Shown piece after piece: positions 1 to 11,455 of a stretch of 64,000 bases of DNA. The DNA is taken from NCBI RefSeq assembly GCF_016432865.1, contig NC_067403.1, positions 262,570,001 to 262,634,000 on the forward strand, read 5' to 3'. The translations under genes and the position numbers were made by a program. Every line of letters begins with the position of its first letter. The stretch's first letter is position 1. Source of the DNA: Antechinus flavipes. Lineage: Eukaryota. A model generated the notes under the pieces. That model ran no database searches. It worked only from the letters and a program-made list of their open reading frames with translations, and had not been told where the DNA came from.

Positions 1-790
1 CCTCCCGCAGCCTGGCCGGGCCCTGGGCATCCTGGGCCTGGGAGAACAGAGGAGGCGGCAGAGGGAGGGAGGGGAGGCCCGGGCCGGGCTTGGGGTAGGG
101 CTGGGGGGGACCCAGCAGGAGGAACTAACCCCCTCCCCAGCCCCAGCCCGGCCTGAAGCCGGCACTTCCCTTCCCTTCCCGGGGACGTCCTCCACCACCT
201 GGGCCCCGGCAGGGTGGGGCGGCCTGGCCCCCGGGCCTTGCCCTGAAGCCCTCGGCCGCTCTGCCTCGGGGGTCTCTGTCTTCCCCCTCAGTGAGACTGG
301 CCTGTCCCCGGAGGCCCAGCTCTGGGAGCCGGATGCCCCTGCCCACCTGGCCCCCTCCCACCCCTTCCCCTAACGAGTCATCACAGAAGCTCCCGACAGA
401 CAGGGCGGGCAGGGGCCCAGACACCGGCGGGGCCAAGAGAAGCCGTCCCCTCCCCCCCGGCCCGAGCCCCTCGGCCTGGCCAGCGGCCCCCGCAGAAAGT
501 TCCAGAACTCTCCAAGGGCCACGAGGCTGCTGGGCCCCAAGCGGGAGCCCCCGACCGTGTCCGCCTTTCCGGGTCAGACGGGCCCGGCCCTGAGTGGCCA
601 GAGAAGCCGGCGCTTGGCGGGGGTGGCCGGGCCGGCCTTCCCCGGTCCCCCTCAGAGACGGGCCTCCGGGAAGCGGGCCCCGCCCCAGCCCGCTCGCTTT
701 GCAGAAGAGGAAACAATCTCGGAGGGACGGAGAAGGGTCACCCGAGGCTCAGGTGGCAGAGCCGGGGCCGGGGCCGGGGCCCTTCCTTAC

Positions 791-867
791 CCAGCCGTCT
801 CCACCAGCGGCTGCTCCTCCTCGGGGCCTCCGTCTGCGGGGTCCCGCTCCATCTCTGCCTCCGCCAT
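791..867 (-). CDS. LSP1: LSP1 first coding exon (MAEAEMERDPADGGPEEEQPLVETAG, phase 2); gene continues left of the window
   Basis: cccATGG start and GG|gtaagg donor. The MAEA...G N-terminus and phase-2 split glycine match human LSP1 exon 1. Position and strand fit the SYT8-TNNI2-LSP1 synteny. Confidence 0.8.
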
Positions 868-947
868 GGGCCCTGGCCGGCCGGGAGCAGGTGTGCGGGG
901 GCAGGTGCGCGGGCCTGTGGGACCGGCCCGGAGGGCGTCACTCGGCC

Positions 948-959
948 CACTTCCTCCTT
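948..959 (-). promoter_or_regulatory. PU.1/ETS site in LSP1 proximal promoter
   Basis: AAGGAGGAAGTG on the minus strand, about 80 bp upstream of the ATG of a leukocyte-specific gene. Confidence 0.5.
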
Positions 960-1764
960 CCGCCGCACAGGCTGAGGTTTGGGGGAGGGGGCCCTTGGGC
1001 TTTTAAAAGAGAGACTCATTTTGTGAAGAGGAAAACCTCAAAGTCTCCAGGAAGCGTTAAGCAAGCCGGTGGCGGTGCCGGGGCCTGGCGGGAGGAGGGC
1101 CGGGGTCCCACTGGACGGGGCAGCCCACCCAAGGCCGTCCCAGCTCAGGCCTGGACCTTCCGGGCCCCGGGAGCTCAGCCTGTGAGCAGAGCTGGAACGG
1201 GGGGACTGGGGGCCGGGGAGAGCCATGGAGGCTATGGGGGCCAGGGAGGGGCCGTGGGGGCCGGAGTCCCAGGGATCCTGGGGCCTAGGGGAGACCTTCC
1301 GGAAGCTGCTCCTTTGAAGGGCGAAGGGGGGCTGCTGCTGCACTCCGGCTGTACGTGGGGGACAGCTTTGCTCAGTGGGCCCACAGGGCAGAGCCAGGGC
1401 CCAGGGGGCAGAGAAGCAGCTTTGGGCGGCTGTCAGGAGGAAAGCTTCCCGGGGACCGACGGCTGCCTCTGGGGAGTGAGCTCCCTGTTTCTGGAGAGCC
1501 CCAGAAGGCAGCTTCAGGGGGGGCCAGCAGGGGCTCTGTTCAGGGGGCCCCATTTGGGAGCCTCCATCTCCCATTCCCCCTCCTACTTCCCCGGGGCCTG
1601 GTGTGGCCCTGCTGGACACATTGAGGATCCTCCTTCCTACTCAAATGTGGTTTCACCCACTTGGGATCCAACTCATTCATCCTCTCCCCAGCGTCCCGGC
1701 CAGGTGGGCTTGGGGTGCCCGGCCCCCGGCCCCAGCCTCCAGCCTCCACTTACAGAAAGAGACA

Positions 1765-1908
1765 GGGGGCAGTTAGTTGGTGCAGTCAATAGAGCACCCG
1801 CCTAAAATCAGGACTTGAGTTCAAATCTGGTCTCAAACACTTGAGACTTCCTAGCTGTGGGACCCTGGGCAAGTCACTTAACCCCAATTACCTCAGGAAA
1901 AAAAAAAG
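1765..1908 (+). mobile_element. tRNA-derived CORE-SINE (WSINE/MAR1-like) with A tail
   Basis: ggggcagttagttggtgcagt...gagttcaaatctgg...gggcaagtcacttaacc followed by poly-A. Confidence 0.75.
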
Positions 1909-2362
1909 GGAGAGAGACAGAAACCCCCTTGGAATTCCAGATCCATCCAGCCTGAAATCCAAGCTCTGTCCCCAGAGCCTGTCCCGAGGAGAGCCTCGTG
2001 GGGGTGAATGAGCGGGCCATGGGAAGCCCAGTGGTTTGGACCCTGTGGCCAGAACAAAGGGCCTCAACTGATCTAGTTGTTCCTCGATCGCTCCTAGAGG
2101 GGCGTGAGAGCAATGGCAGGGAAGGAGGGGGAGAGAGAGCCCAGCCCTGGACTAGGGCCCAGGAGGGGATGGTGGGGGGATGGTGGGGAGAGCGTGGGGG
2201 AGTGGGGGCAGTGATAAGGCAATGATTCAGGAATGACTGAGGACAGATGGGAGATTGGTCCCTCTAGCTCAGACTCATATTAGCCACTGGGCCTACAGAC
2301 CTCGGAAGGCCAAAAGGAGCCGAGGGCATGGGCTGACTCCTCTGCCAGCCAGACCAGGAGCA

Positions 2363-2510
2363 TTTATTAAGCACCTACCCTGTGTTCTTTACTAAGCACC
2401 TACTCTGTGTCCTTTACTAAGCACCTACTCTGTGTCCTTTACTAAGCACCTACTCTGTGTGCTTTACTAAGCACCTACTGTGTACTTTATTAGGCACCTC
2501 TGTGCCAGGT
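2363..2510. repeat. 25-bp tandem repeat, about 6 copies, derived from an L2 3' tail
   Basis: Units of tttactaagcacctactctgtgtcc ending in tgtgccagg. Confidence 0.85.
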
Positions 2511-2779
2511 TCTGTGGGATTTGTCCTTCCTTCTGGAAGAGGGCCAAAATGATGTCATTGTATTGCAGTGGAGTCACTGGTGTCCGCCTGGCTAACCAGG
2601 CCAGCTCCGGCTCAGAGTATCTTCCTGTAGGTCAGCACAAGACCCTCTGAACATTTCAGGGGCTTCCCTAACTTTGGGCCTCATGTTTCCTCTGGGCTAA
2701 CTCAGTCCTGGTTTGCTGCTAGAGCCCGGGGGGAGGGAGGGGGGGAGGAAGGGGGGGTTGCCACACTGGATTATCCTGG

Positions 2780-3270
2780 GCTGGTGGATCCGTGTGATCC
2801 AGTTAATTCCAAAGTTCTTCAGAGAGACCTGAGCGAGTCCTGGAATGGCTTTTTCTGCCTCCTCCCCCCCAGTGCTTGCTGTGTGTGAGCTCTCCAGAAA
2901 TACTCCCTCTTGCAAGCAGATGTTGGCATCTGAGCAGCAGACCCGTGCCCTCTGCCGTGGGGTCAGAGGCTGGGCAGCGTGGTTTGGAAAAGGCCTGGGC
3001 GTCCCGGGTCCCACCGTGCCGGGGGAGCTGCAGAACTCCTGAGACAATCCCAACGGCAGCGAGTCGCTTCCCCGACGCAGCGCCGATAAGCTGCCCGGGC
3101 TCACTGCGTACAGCAGTGGTCAGCACAAGAGCTCCACAGCCCTTCCCTCTGGCTGTCACTCTCCCACACTCTCCTTCAGAGCCTCCTGGACCCTGAGCCA
3201 GCTCCAGCCAGCCCCGATCTCAGCCTCAAGGCGGACGTCCCTGGGGAGAGCGAGGATCCGGGGCCTTCAA
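2780..3270 (-). mobile_element. RTE LINE fossil, C-terminal ORF region
   Basis: Minus-strand translations contain VSLKNFGIN, GELTHSKH and ALVLTT, resembling the end of RTE ORFs. The sequence is heavily GC-shifted. Confidence 0.65.
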
Positions 3271-3578
3271 AACCACCAAGGGACTGCTGGCTCCACACCT
3301 GCATCAATTCAACTCCATCAGAGGTAAAATACTCGGGGAGATAGAGGATTCTAGCCTCAGCAAAAAGGCCCACGAAGCCCGGCTTTACACTGAGAGGAAC
3401 CATCCAAAGCATTCTCATGACCCCCTGAAGGCCAAAGACCGCAGGTCCCCCTCAGCTCCTCAGTGCCCACGGAGCCGCGCGCCTTAGGGTCCAGGACGCT
3501 CCCGGAGAGGACGCCCGACACTGTTCCTGCCAGACCAGCAATCAGCGCTGGAGCCACTGATGTGGAAATGGTCGCGGC

Positions 3579-4227
3579 TGTGGTGTTCTTGTCTCCTTTA
3601 TAATAATAATATGAGAATGGTTCTCTCTGGGAGAGCAGGTTTCTCGGGGAGGTTTTCTGGAGGCAGCCTTAGGATCAGTTCAGATCAATAATTACCCCAA
3701 AAGCAGCCAGGTGCTAAAAGTTCAGATCTTTTATTGTCTCCAGTATAGCCCAGTTAGCTTAGAGGCCGATCTCTCTGCTCGGTTCCGAGAGCTCCTGCAG
3801 CTTTGTTCTTTGCCTCTGCTCCCTTCAGCCTCCAGCCAGCACAAAGATGAATCTGTCTCTCTTGCCTTCCGAAGTCATTCTCTCCTGGCTCTAGCTCAAT
3901 TCCGACTCTGGCTCTTCTGACTTGACGCTCCCCTCTCCATGTAATTTGGCTGAATTCTCCTCACTGGGCCTCTGCTTTCTTCTCATACACCAGAGAGAGG
4001 GATTATGGGTTTTCTCCCATAGTGCTCTCTGGCCCTAAGAGCTTCAAGGGAGGTGTGAATTCACAAAGTAACAAAGTTTACTGTGTGAGTCTCCCATACT
4101 TGTGAATTCCCATGAGTAAAGGTGTGAACAGAAGCATTGAGTCAACTAGTTCTACTTAGTACCTTGTTTCAGGTTCTGGCCCAAAACATCAACTCTAATG
4201 AGTCAGCAGTTTGTAAAGATTCCAACA
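3579..4227 (-). mobile_element. Solo LTR (ERV)
   Basis: TG...CA ends and a minus-strand AATAAA at 3730-3735. Composition differs from the flanks. No clear TSD, so the boundaries are approximate. Confidence 0.5.
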
Positions 4228-4688
4228 CCCGGCCCACGTTCAGCTGAAGAAGAGCTTCTCAATGTCATCAGGCTGCTCTCCTGGGAGAAAGCACCGCTTT
4301 CCGGTTGAGGTTCACAAGGTGGACGGGCCACTGTTCATCTGAAAGCTGACTGGAAACGTCCAGAGTGCCCGGAAAAAGGAAGCAGAGGCCCAAGAGCTCC
4401 ATAAAACTAAGGGGAATAGATTGTCCTGTGACCACCACAGGAGGCGCGCTCTCCGTCACTGCTGGCAAGACCCTTGCGGAGTCCTCCTTAACAGGCGGAC
4501 CCTACATCTGGAGGGAGGTCAGCTGCTGGAGAGCCAGTGTGGCTGCAGAAGGGGCTGGGGGTGGACTTCCCAACCACTCCAGGAGAGATGCCGGGAGCAG
4601 GAGCGAAGTCTGTACGTAGCATCTGTGGGCTTCTGATGCGGTCAGTCATGAGGGCTTATGGGAAAGTCTGCAAAAATTAGGGTGCCCA
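4228..4688 (+). mobile_element. RTE LINE fossil, RT domain, left part
   Basis: Translation LSCDHHR...VLLNRRTLHLEGGQLLESQCG...QERCREQ matches RTE reverse transcriptase. It ends at the GCP motif. Confidence 0.75.
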
Positions 4689-4828
4689 AAATGAAGGTGA
4701 CCTCACTGTACCTGGCCTAAAACTATATTATAGAGCAGCGGTCATCAAAACCACAGGGAACAGACTGAGAAGCGGAGGATGGATCAGTGGAATAGGCCAT
4801 TCCTATATATGAGAATATATATATAAGA

Positions 4829-4861
<33 letters not shown>

Positions 4862-7735
4862 TATAATATATAAGAATATATATATATATATAGTATATAA
4901 GAATATGTACATAATATATATAAGAATATATATAATATGTAAGAATATATTAAAATATATATACATAGTATATAAGAATATGTACATAATCTATATAAGA
5001 ATATATATAATATGTAAAAATATATATAATATATAAAAGAATATATACGCATAATATATAAGAATATATACATAATATATATAAGAATATGTACATAATA
5101 TATATAAGAATATATATAATATGTAAGAATAGATATAAGAATATATATATAGTATATAAGAATATGTACATAATATAAGTATACATATAATATGTAAGAA
5201 TAGATATATAATACATAAAAATATATATACTAATATATAAGAATATATATACATAGTATATAAGAATATGTACATAATATATATAAGAATATATATAATA
5301 TGTAAGAATATATATACATAGTATATAAGAATATGTACATAATATATATAAGAATATATATAATATGTAAGAATATTTATACATTGTATATAAGAATATA
5401 TACATAATATATATAAGAATATATAATATGTAAGAATATATATACATAGTATATAAGAATATGTACATAATATATATAAGAATATATATACATTGTATAT
5501 AAGAATATATACATAATATACATAAGAATATGTACATAATATATATATATAAGAATATATATACATAATATACAAGAATATATATACATAGTATATAAGA
5601 ATATATACATAACATACATAAGAATATATACATAATATATATAAGAATATATATAATATGTAAGAATATACATATACATAATATATAAGAATATATATAC
5701 ATCGTATATAAGAATATATATAATATGTAAGGATATATATAATATATAAAAGAATATACATACATAGTATATAAGAATATACATACATAGTATATAAGAA
5801 TATATATATAATATGTAAGAATATATATACACATAATATATACGAATATATATACATAATATATAAGAATATGTATAATATNNNNNNNNNNNNNNNNNNN
5901 NNNNNNNNNNNNNNNNNNNNNNNNNNNNNNNNNNNNNNNNNNNNNNNNNNNNNNNNNNNNNNNNNNNNNNNNNNNNNNNNNNNNNNNNNNNNNNNNNNNN
6001 NNNNNNNNNNNNNNNNNNNNNNNNNNNNNNNNNNNNNNNNNNNNNNNNNTCTTATATACACATAATATATGTATTCCTATATATACATAATATATATGTA
6101 TTCCTATATAATATATAAGACTATATACATAATATATAAGAATATATAGATAATATATATTTATTTCTATACAAGACAGAGTAGTCAGTGATTATAGCAA
6201 TCTAGTGTTTGATAGCCTAAAGACCCCAGTTTCTAGGATAAGAACTCATTATTTGATAAAAATTTCTGGGAAAATTGGAAAACAGTATGACAGAAACTAG
6301 GCATTGACCCACACCTAATACCCTGTACCAAAGGTCGAAGTGGGTTCATGATTTAAACATAAAAGAGTGATACTATGAGCAGATTAAAAGAACAAAGGAT
6401 AGTTCATCTCTCAGATGAGTGGAGAAGGATGGAATTTGTGGCCAAAGAAGAACCAAAATACACTATGAAATGCAAAAAGAATCATTTTGTTTATTTTAAG
6501 TTAAAAAGGTTTTGTACAAACAAAATCAATGCAGATAAGATTAGAAGAGAAGCAGAAAACTGGGGGGGAAATTTTATATCCAAGGGTTCAAATAAAGGCC
6601 TCATTTCCAAAATATATAGAGAATTGACTCTAATTTATAAGAAATCAAGCCATTTTCCAATTGATAAATAGTCAAAGGATACGAACAGACAATTTTCAGA
6701 TGAAGAAATTAAAACCATATCTAGTCATATGAAAAAAATGCTCTAAATCACTATTGGTCAGAGAAATGCAAATTAGGACAACTCTGAGATACCAGGACAC
6801 ACCTGTCAGATTGGCTGAGATGACCGGAAAAAATAATGCAGAATGTTGGAGGGGATGCGGGAAAACAGGGACACTGATACATTGTCGGTGGAGTTGAGAG
6901 CAGATCCAACCATTCTGGAGAGCAATCTGGAACTATGCCCAAAGGGCTATCACACTGTGCATCCCCTTTGATCCAGCAGTGCTATGACTGGGCTTATACC
7001 CCAAAGAGATACTAAAGAAGGGAAAGGGACCTGTATGTGCCAAAATGTTTGTGGCAGCCCTGTTTGTAGTGGCTAGAAGCTGGAAAATGAATGGATGCTC
7101 ATCAATGGGAGAATGGCTGAGTAAATTGTGGTATATGAATGTTATGGAATATTATTGTTCTATAAGAAATGACCAGCAGGATAAATACAGAGAGGACTGG
7201 CGAGACTTACATGAACTGATGCTGAGGGAAATGAGCAGAAGCAGGAGATCATTGTACACGGCAGCAACAAGACTGTACAATGATCAATTCTGATGGACGT
7301 GGCTCTCTTCAGCAATGAGATGATATGAGATATATACATAGCTCATCCATGTATACATACATATACATACATTTCCAATGATCTTGTGATGAAGAGTCAT
7401 CTGCCCTCGGAGAGAGGCTGTGGGGACCGAGTGTGGTCCACAGCACTGCATTCTCACTCTTTTTTGTTCTTTGCCTGCTTTTTGTTTTCTTTCTCATTTT
7501 TATCCCTTTCTGATCTGATTCTTCTTGTGCAGCAAGGATGGAAATATGTATAGAAGAATTGCACGTGTTTAACACGTATTGGATCACTTGCCGCTAGGGG
7601 AGGAGGTGGGGGAAGGAAGGGAGAAAAAAACTGAAACCCCAGGTTTGGGGAGGGTGAATGTTGAAAACGACGCATGGATTTTGAAAATAAAAAGCTTTAA
7701 TCAGAACAAAGAAAATTTTAAAACTTATTTTAAAC
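4689..7735 (+). mobile_element. 5'-truncated L1 (ORF2 3' part plus 3'UTR and A-rich tail), interrupted by an AT-rich minisatellite
   Basis: ORF2 motifs (DLKLYY region, MFVAALFVVARSWK, GEWLSKLWYMNVMEYY). Homology is continuous across the 4800-6170 interruption. Confidence 0.9.
4802..6168. repeat. AT-rich minisatellite (about 20-25-bp units, ataatatatataagaatatatatac) with (TA)n(CA)n and an assembly gap at 5882-6050
   Basis: Direct reading. Confidence 0.95.
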
Positions 7736-7740
7736 CATTC

Positions 7741-7970
7741 AGTTGCCCAGAGGAGCTCATCGGGGTACTTGGTGGGTTTGCTGGCAGCGCTTGCCGGCTC
7801 CTGGACCACGGACAGTGCCCCGAGCTTTTCCAGGGAGGGAGGCCGGGCTCGGTGCTTTCTTAGCCTGAAGTTTTCAGCCGTGTCAGACACCTTCAGTGAG
7901 CGCCCGCGAGGAGCCACTCGGCTCAGGGTAAATTCTTCTACCTGGAAAGGCTAAAAGCCCAAGCCAGAGA
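7741..7970 (+). mobile_element. RTE LINE fossil, right part resuming after the L1 insertion
   Basis: Translation FSCPEELIGV...LLDHGQC...KFSAVSDTF continues the RTE RT sequence from the GCP motif. Confidence 0.6.
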
Positions 7971-9229
7971 GTCGGTTTGGGGGTTTGTCTGCCATGATTG
8001 TGTCCTCGCTGCGGCCTCTGAAGCCCAGAGGCAGCGAGCTCCGGGTGGGGTCTTTCCCGCGGGGGGGAACACGAAGGGGGCGGGCTCCCAGTCTGAGGGG
8101 GAAGAGTGGCCACGATTGCAGACGGGGCACGGGGTGAAAGGGGGAGAGCCCGGAGGCCGGCCCAGAGGATGCCCCAGCCCAGGAGGAGGGCTGTACAGCA
8201 GGGGTGTCGGCCGGGGCTGGAGGCAGGAGGGGGCAGGTGGCTCGTTTGCTGCTGGGGTGACAGGGAGCCACAGGGGCTTAGTGAGGGGAGTGATGGGAGC
8301 TTTGCAAAGTCACTTTTGGGAGACAGATGACAAGGGGGGAGACTGAGGCAGGCAGAGCCAGGTCTGGGGGCAGGGTCACAGGAGAGAAGGGGGCACACGC
8401 AGGAGCTCTTGGGAGCGGACTCTGTGACAGAAGATGGGGAAAGGGGGGCGGAGTCAGTTAACTGAGAGAGGGCTCCCCAAAGGGCTGAGGCACACCTGCA
8501 AGACCACCCTCCCCGCCCTGGGGCTCCCGTGGGGCATGGGCACCTGGGGCCAGGGGGCCAGTACCCAAGTACTGCGTGTGCTTGTCATGGGACCAGGGCA
8601 GGGGGGTGGGTGGTGAGGAAGCCCCTCTCCTTTGAGACAACCGGCCTGGATGACGCCCCTCCTCCACCCTGAATGATGCTCCCCCCACCTGGGATGATGC
8701 CCCTTCTCCACCCTGGATGCCACGCCCTCCCGCCCAAGGTGGCAGAGCTGTGCCAGTGCAGGGCATCCTGCCTGGCATCCTTGGGCAGAAAGAGTGGAAC
8801 ATGCTGATCTCAGATCTTTGTCTCTTTTCCCAAAAGGGCCAGAATGCCCAGTGTTGCCCTCACGCTCTTGGCGCTCTGGCTGGTGCCCCGGGAAGGAGCG
8901 GACGGGCTCTCGTGCGCCCGGCCACCAGCCCAGCAGTGGGCATCAGCACCAGGGGGCTCTAGACCCGCCTCTACCCCCATCCAGAGCATCTGAGTCTGAA
9001 AAGATGTGAGCAATCAGCAGTGGGGAGGGCCTGGCGTCCTGCTGCCAGACTCTGAGTGTCCCTTAGAATGTGACTTGGGGACCCTGCTCTTCTGGGACTC
9101 AGTTTCCCCACATGTAATTCCACGTGACCATTGCCTGGGCGCAGGACACCGCGGCGGCCCCAAGGCCGGAGGCTCCTGGAGTGACCAGGAGGAGGGAAGG
9201 GATGGACAGCGCGGCTGGACTTCCAAAGC

Positions 9230-9235
9230 TTTATT
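9230..9235 (-). terminator. TNNI2 polyadenylation signal AATAAA
   Basis: First minus-strand AATAAA, about 300 nt after the stop codon. Confidence 0.75.
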
Positions 9236-9536
9236 TACATGGCTAACGTTTCTGCGGGAGGACGGCCCCCTGCACACGGGGGCGGGGCTGCTGCTGGGCA
9301 GAGCCCTGGGGCTTCTCTCTCCACCGCCCACTCTCTGGGGCCCCTTGGGGAGCCTGTGGGGGGCACTGGGGGCGCGGCTTCGGAGGGGCTGGCCTTGGCA
9401 AAGGGGCGGGAGAAATGGACCTGGAATAAATAGGATCTGGGAGCGGGGAAGCCTGGTGGGCAGGCGGGGGGGGGGGCCGGAGGGGGACAGGCGGGCGAGT
9501 GGGTGGGCGGGCAGCTGGGCAGGCGGGCGGGCGGGC

Positions 9537-9632
9537 CTAGGACTCGGTCTCAAACATCTTCTTTCTGCCCTCCATTCCAGACTTTTCTTCAATGTTCTTC
9601 CTCCAGTCACCCACGTCACGAAGGTCCCTTTC
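9537..9632 (-). CDS. TNNI2: TNNI2 last exon ([31 protein letters not shown])
   Basis: cccccag acceptor and TAG stop. Near-identical to the human fast skeletal troponin I C-terminus. Full CDS is 549 nt = 182 aa. Confidence 0.97.
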   Translation of the reverse strand, partial: ERDLRDVGDWRKNIEEKSGMEGRKKMFETES

Positions 9633-10054
9633 CTGGGGGGTGACGAGAGAGGCTCAGCTGTGCCCCCTGCCCCGGCCCCAGCCCCCCAGGCGGCCACGCT
9701 TGGGACACCCCGAGGCTCCACGGGAGGGATGGCAGGCGGTCAGCCAGAGCTTGGTCTCCCCGGCCCTCAGGCTCCCCTCTGGGAAGGGAGGAGGGAATCC
9801 CCGTCCTCTGCCCACAGCAGAAACACTTTCCAAAGTTGGGGAGGTGGGGGAGGGAAATCCTGGTCAGACCTTGGGGGAGTGAGGCAGCCACAGAATTCGG
9901 GGCCTGAAAGTGGGGGTCCCCGGAAATCATCTGAAAGGTCAGCAAGGGTCACCATCCCCCCTTTCTCTCTCAGGGCAGGGGGGCCTGAAGCTCTGCTGGT
10001 GTCCAGAGCTGGGAGAAGGGATGAGCTCCCACCAGGAGGAAGGTTGGAGGAGGA

Positions 10055-10200
10055 GGGCAAAGGATGGAGGAGGGAGGGGAGAGGATGGAGGGAGGAGGGA
10101 GGGGAGAGGATGGAGGGAGGAGGGAGGGAGAGGATGGAGGGAGGAGGGTGAAGGATGGAGGAGGGAGGGGAGAGGATGGAGGGAGGAGGGTGAAGGATAG
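10055..10200. repeat. Purine-rich, about 20-bp tandem repeat (ggagggaggagggagaggat) in the last TNNI2 intron
   Basis: Direct reading. Confidence 0.8.
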
Positions 10201-10258
10201 AGGAAGGAAAGGGGAGGGCTAAGGGCTGAGTAGGGGAGGAGGGCTACCCCCCCCTTAC

Positions 10259-10435
10259 CTTCTCGGTGTCCTCCTTCTTCACCTGCTTCAGGTTGGCTCT
10301 CAGGTCCATACACACCTTGTGCTTGGAGCCCAGCAGCGCCTTCAGCATGGCGTCAGCCGACATCCTCACCCTCCTCAGAGGAGGCCTCTTGAACTTGCCT
10401 CGAAGGTCAAAGAGCTTCTGGTTCATGTCTTCCAG
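10259..10435 (-). CDS. TNNI2: TNNI2 exon 7 ([31 protein letters not shown]...KKEDTEK), contains the inhibitory region
   Basis: 177 nt with AG/GT boundaries. Matches troponin I. Confidence 0.97.
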
Positions 10436-10603
10436 CTGCAGGGAGATGAGGATGCCTGGGGTGGGAGGGGCCGGGGAGAGGGAGGGGAAGGGGCCGGGAG
10501 GGGAAGGGACCTGGCTCCCCCGCCTCCCTGGTTCCCCGAGATTCTCCTCCCTGGAGGGCCCCCCACCCCCCAGCAGGGGCAGAGCAGCCCGGGCACCACG
10601 AAC

Positions 10604-10693
10604 CTCCTTTGTGCTTTTCTGAACCTTCACTTCCATGTCATATTTCTCCTCTTCAGCTGCATCGACCTTGGCGTGGAGCTGCCTGCAGAGGTC
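10604..10693 (-). CDS. TNNI2: TNNI2 exon 6 ([30 protein letters not shown])
   Basis: 90 nt, donor GAG|gttcgt. Confidence 0.96.
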
Positions 10694-10850
10694 CTGGGGG
10701 GGAGGGGGCAGAAGGTCCATTAAGGGCCAGGCGGGAGCTGTCCATGGGGGGGGGTGCTGGGGCCGGCTGAGGAGTCAGCCCTGGGGGGCCGGACCGGCGG
10801 AGCCCCTGGGTGCCCGCTGCCGGGTCCTGGGCATAGGGGGCCCCTCTCAC

Positions 10851-10979
10851 CTGCACCTCCGACATGGACCCTGGCAGGTGCAGGGGCGGGCAGTGCTCAG
10901 CCAGGTAGTTGGCTTTCTCGGACTCCCGGCGGCTCTCTTCTTTCTCCAGCTCAGTGGCCGCTATCTGGAGCATGACGCT
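10851..10979 (-). CDS. TNNI2: TNNI2 exon 5 (SVMLQIAATELEKEE...PGSMSEVQ)
   Basis: 129 nt with AG/GT boundaries. Confidence 0.97.
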
Positions 10980-11413
10980 CTGGGAGGAACAGGCCCCAAG
11001 AAAGACGGGGTGAGTGGGGGACCCCTGGCCCCCAAATCCCCCCAGAGACCCCACCCCCTTCTGGGAGCCTCCCCTCCCCCCCAGCCCCTCCATTTGGAAG
11101 CTCAGCTAGAACCCGGCCCCCATTCTATCCTCTGGGGCCCTTCTCTCCCTGCCCCAGACTTCAGACGCACAGCACCCTCCCCTCCCCCAAGCCCCAATCA
11201 GCCCTGGGCCGCGGAGGGTCTCGGGACTTGTTGCACGGAACCGAATGGCTCCAGGACAGGGACCCCCCCCCCCTCCCGTAGGAGCAGCCGCTGTTGGGCG
11301 GGGAGGGCGAAGGGAGGGAGCCTGGGAGGAAACCCCGTCCGGGGGTCCCGGGGGAGAGGAGCCCAAGGGAGAGGGAAGAGGGGGAGGGGGAGAGGGGGAG
11401 GGGCCGGGCCTAC

Positions 11414-11455
11414 CTTCAGGTGCTGCCTGCGGGCGGTGATGGCCCGGTTCCTTTT
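11414..11455 (-). CDS. TNNI2: TNNI2 exon 4 (KRNRAITARRQHLK)
   Basis: 42 nt, cgcag acceptor and gtagg donor. Confidence 0.96.

Noticed and set aside
2780-4688. Opposite-strand RTE pieces as a twin-priming inversion
   Set aside because: The plus-strand RTE continues at 7741 after the L1, so the geometry does not fit. Two copies or a later rearrangement are equally possible.
4723-6065. Long Ile/Tyr-rich ORFs
   Set aside because: Artefacts of the AT minisatellite and the N gap.
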